IMG/VR virus record: IMGVR_UViG_3300020030_000019
Coordinates: 1-6,035 of that record
DNA from: a virus
DNA length: 6,035 nucleotides
Reading direction: 5' to 3' (one strand)
In this document: one piece after another, positions 5,023 to 6,035 of the stretch
Numbering within the stretch: the first letter of the stretch is position 1
Layout of the letters: every line of letters starts with the position of its first letter
The notes under the pieces: generated by a model
The model's input: the letters and a program-made list of their open reading frames with translations, nothing else
What the model was told of the DNA's origin: nothing
Databases searched by the model: none
Program-made: the position numbers and the translations under genes

Positions 5023-5325
5023 ATGCTACGTGCGCGGACCCCTTTTGCAAGAGTTCGTGAATTGCTAAAGGTTATTGGTAACGACTGCAGGAGAGGTCGC
5101 GCATTTTTCTATCGTTCTTTAAATTTTACTACCATGTCTGATACTAAACAGCCGTTTTACAAGTCAAAGGCGTTTTGGACGCTCGTCTCTTCCATTGTTG
5201 CTGCTTTAGCTGCCTTTTTTCTCGCTTCGTGTTCTGCCCAGGCTAGGATGCAGCGTAGCGGCGTTCATATCGATACTGTGCGAGTCGATTATATCATTCG
5301 TTCTAACAATTTAACCCATATGTAG
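5023..5325 (+). CDS. Small membrane protein; probable lipoprotein if translated from the internal ATG at 5134 (63 aa)
   Basis: The frame is open from ATG 5023 to TAG 5323-5325. From ATG 5134 the product is MSDTKQPFYKSK-AFWTLVSSIVAALAAFF-LASC-SAQARMQRSGVHIDTVRVDYIIRSNNLTHM. That reads as a basic n-region, a 17-aa hydrophobic core and the lipobox L-A-S-C (nt 5221-5232, Cys33), i.e. a classical signal-peptidase-II signal. The alternative start at 5023 adds a 37-aa Arg-rich N-terminus. The start is therefore uncertain. Confidence 0.6.
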   Translation: MLRARTPFARVRELLKVIGNDCRRGRAFFYRSLNFTTMSDTKQPFYKSKAFWTLVSSIVAALAAFFLASCSAQARMQRSGVHIDTVRVDYIIRSNNLTHM

Positions 5326-5326
5326 T

Positions 5327-6035
5327 ATGCCTATTCCTGTTGCCGCCGCCGCATCTTTTGGTCAAGCTCTCGGTCAGTCTGCCGCCTCTACGGGTACTAC
5401 AGGCTTGATTACTGGCGCCCTCGGTCAGCTTTTCGGAGGCATGAACGCCCGTCGCCAGTGGCGCTTTCAGCAAAAGCAAATGAAGCTTCAACAGCAGTAT
5501 GCTTTAGAGCAAATGCAGAAACAGTCGGAGCTTTCTTATGCTAATTGGCAGAAACAGTTTGACTATGAGAACGCTTATAATGACCCTTCGCAAGTTTTCA
5601 ATCGTTATCTGAAGGCTGGCGTTACTCCTGCCGCCGTTTTAGGTTCTTCGGGTGTTGGTGTTAACGCTACTATGTCAGGAGGTTCTGCTGCTATGCCTTC
5701 CGCTGCTGGTCCTTCTGGTGGCGCCTCAGTCAGCCCTGGTGCTTCGCCTGTTGCTGACCCTGTTGCTATCGCGCAGAATATGGTTGCGCAGTCAACGGTA
5801 AGCCGTAACGATGCTGCCGCTAATCGCGATAACGCTGAGGCTCAGTCGATTAATGACCAGAATGTCGGTAATCAACTTTATGTTGCTATGGCCAAGGCTC
5901 GTGTAGCCCTTGATGAGGCAGTAGCAAAACATAATCTAGCTGCCCGCGATGTTCTTAAAGTTCAGGAGGATATAGAAAAAAACAATCGATTTATTTCTGA
6001 CGCTACCCTTCTGAGTGCCATCGATGAGAAAAAAA
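5327..6035 (+). CDS. VP2: DNA pilot / minor capsid protein VP2, 5' portion (runs off the window end and continues at base 122 via the circle junction)
   Basis: ATG 5327 lies 1 nt after the stop of the preceding ORF. The frame is open to the window end, and it is absent from the ORF track only because it has no stop there. The N-terminus is MPIPVAAAASFGQALGQSAASTGTTGLITGALGQLFGG (Gly/Ala-rich and hydrophobic). Next comes the Q-rich helical stretch RRQWRFQQKQMKLQQQYALEQMQKQ, then YNDPSQVFNRYLKAGVTPAAVLG. That last block resembles the AG-L-N-P-type block I recall from gokushovirus VP2 proteins. Confidence 0.8.
   Translation, partial: MPIPVAAAASFGQALGQSAASTGTTGLITGALGQLFGGMNARRQWRFQQKQMKLQQQYALEQMQKQSELSYANWQKQFDYENAYNDPSQVFNRYLKAGVTPAAVLGSSGVGVNATMSGGSAAMPSAAGPSGGASVSPGASPVADPVAIAQNMVAQSTVSRNDAAANRDNAEAQSINDQNVGNQLYVAMAKARVALDEAVAKHNLAARDVLKVQEDIEKNNRFISDATLLSAIDEKK
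5915..6035. repeat. Terminal redundancy copy 2 (identical to 1..121)
   Basis: Exact 121/121 identity with the window start. Confidence 0.95.

Noticed and set aside
5089-5094. AGGAGA as a Shine-Dalgarno sequence for the membrane ORF.
   Set aside because: It lies about 40 nt upstream of ATG 5134, too far to function. It is also part of the region flanking the GC-rich inverted repeat. No other gene in the genome uses an SD.
468-5491. All minus-strand ORFs in the track (468..677, 559..801, 777..1016, 1277..1465, 2307..2765, 2979..3641 at 220 aa, 4032..4349, 4754..5005, 5303..5491).
   Set aside because: Each is antisense to a well-supported + strand gene and is Arg/Ile/Asn-rich, as expected from reading T3-biased codons backwards. 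Microviridae express a single strand. I saw no motif, promoter or family resemblance.

Overview
The window is one complete, circularly permuted genome of a small ssDNA phage of the family Microviridae (gokushovirus/alpavirus-like, not phiX-like), with a unit length of 5,914 nt. Bases 1-121 recur exactly at 5915-6035, which is the overlap expected from assembling a circle. The DNA-pilot gene VP2 reads through that junction in frame (5327..5914 + 1..780, 455 aa). All supportable genes are on the + strand and tightly packed. The order is: VP2 (wrapping), promoter, ORF101, ORF107, terminator-like hairpin, ORF66, replication initiator VP4 (HUH, two-Tyr), major capsid VP1, acidic ORF98, a small membrane/lipoprotein ORF, then VP2 again. 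Real coding frames strongly prefer T at codon position 3. That bias explains the many hydrophobic +1-frame ORFs and Arg-rich antisense ORFs in the track, which I rejected as artefacts with one flagged exception. No start codon has a Shine-Dalgarno sequence, and the VP2/ORF101 spacer carries TTTG-N19-TAnnTTTG, pointing to a Bacteroidota host. Four things are worth following up. First, a predicted lipoprotein (lipobox LASC) sits immediately upstream of VP2 in a genome with no recognisable lysis, peptidase or integrase gene. Second, there is a self-contained promoter / two ORFs / terminator (moron-like) cassette. Third, a small basic ORF is translationally coupled (TAATG) to Rep. Fourth, a single-TM ORF is overprinted across the ORF66/Rep junction. 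I saw no tRNA, rRNA, CRISPR, transposase or integrase. All family assignments are by-eye motif recognition and need HMM or structure confirmation.
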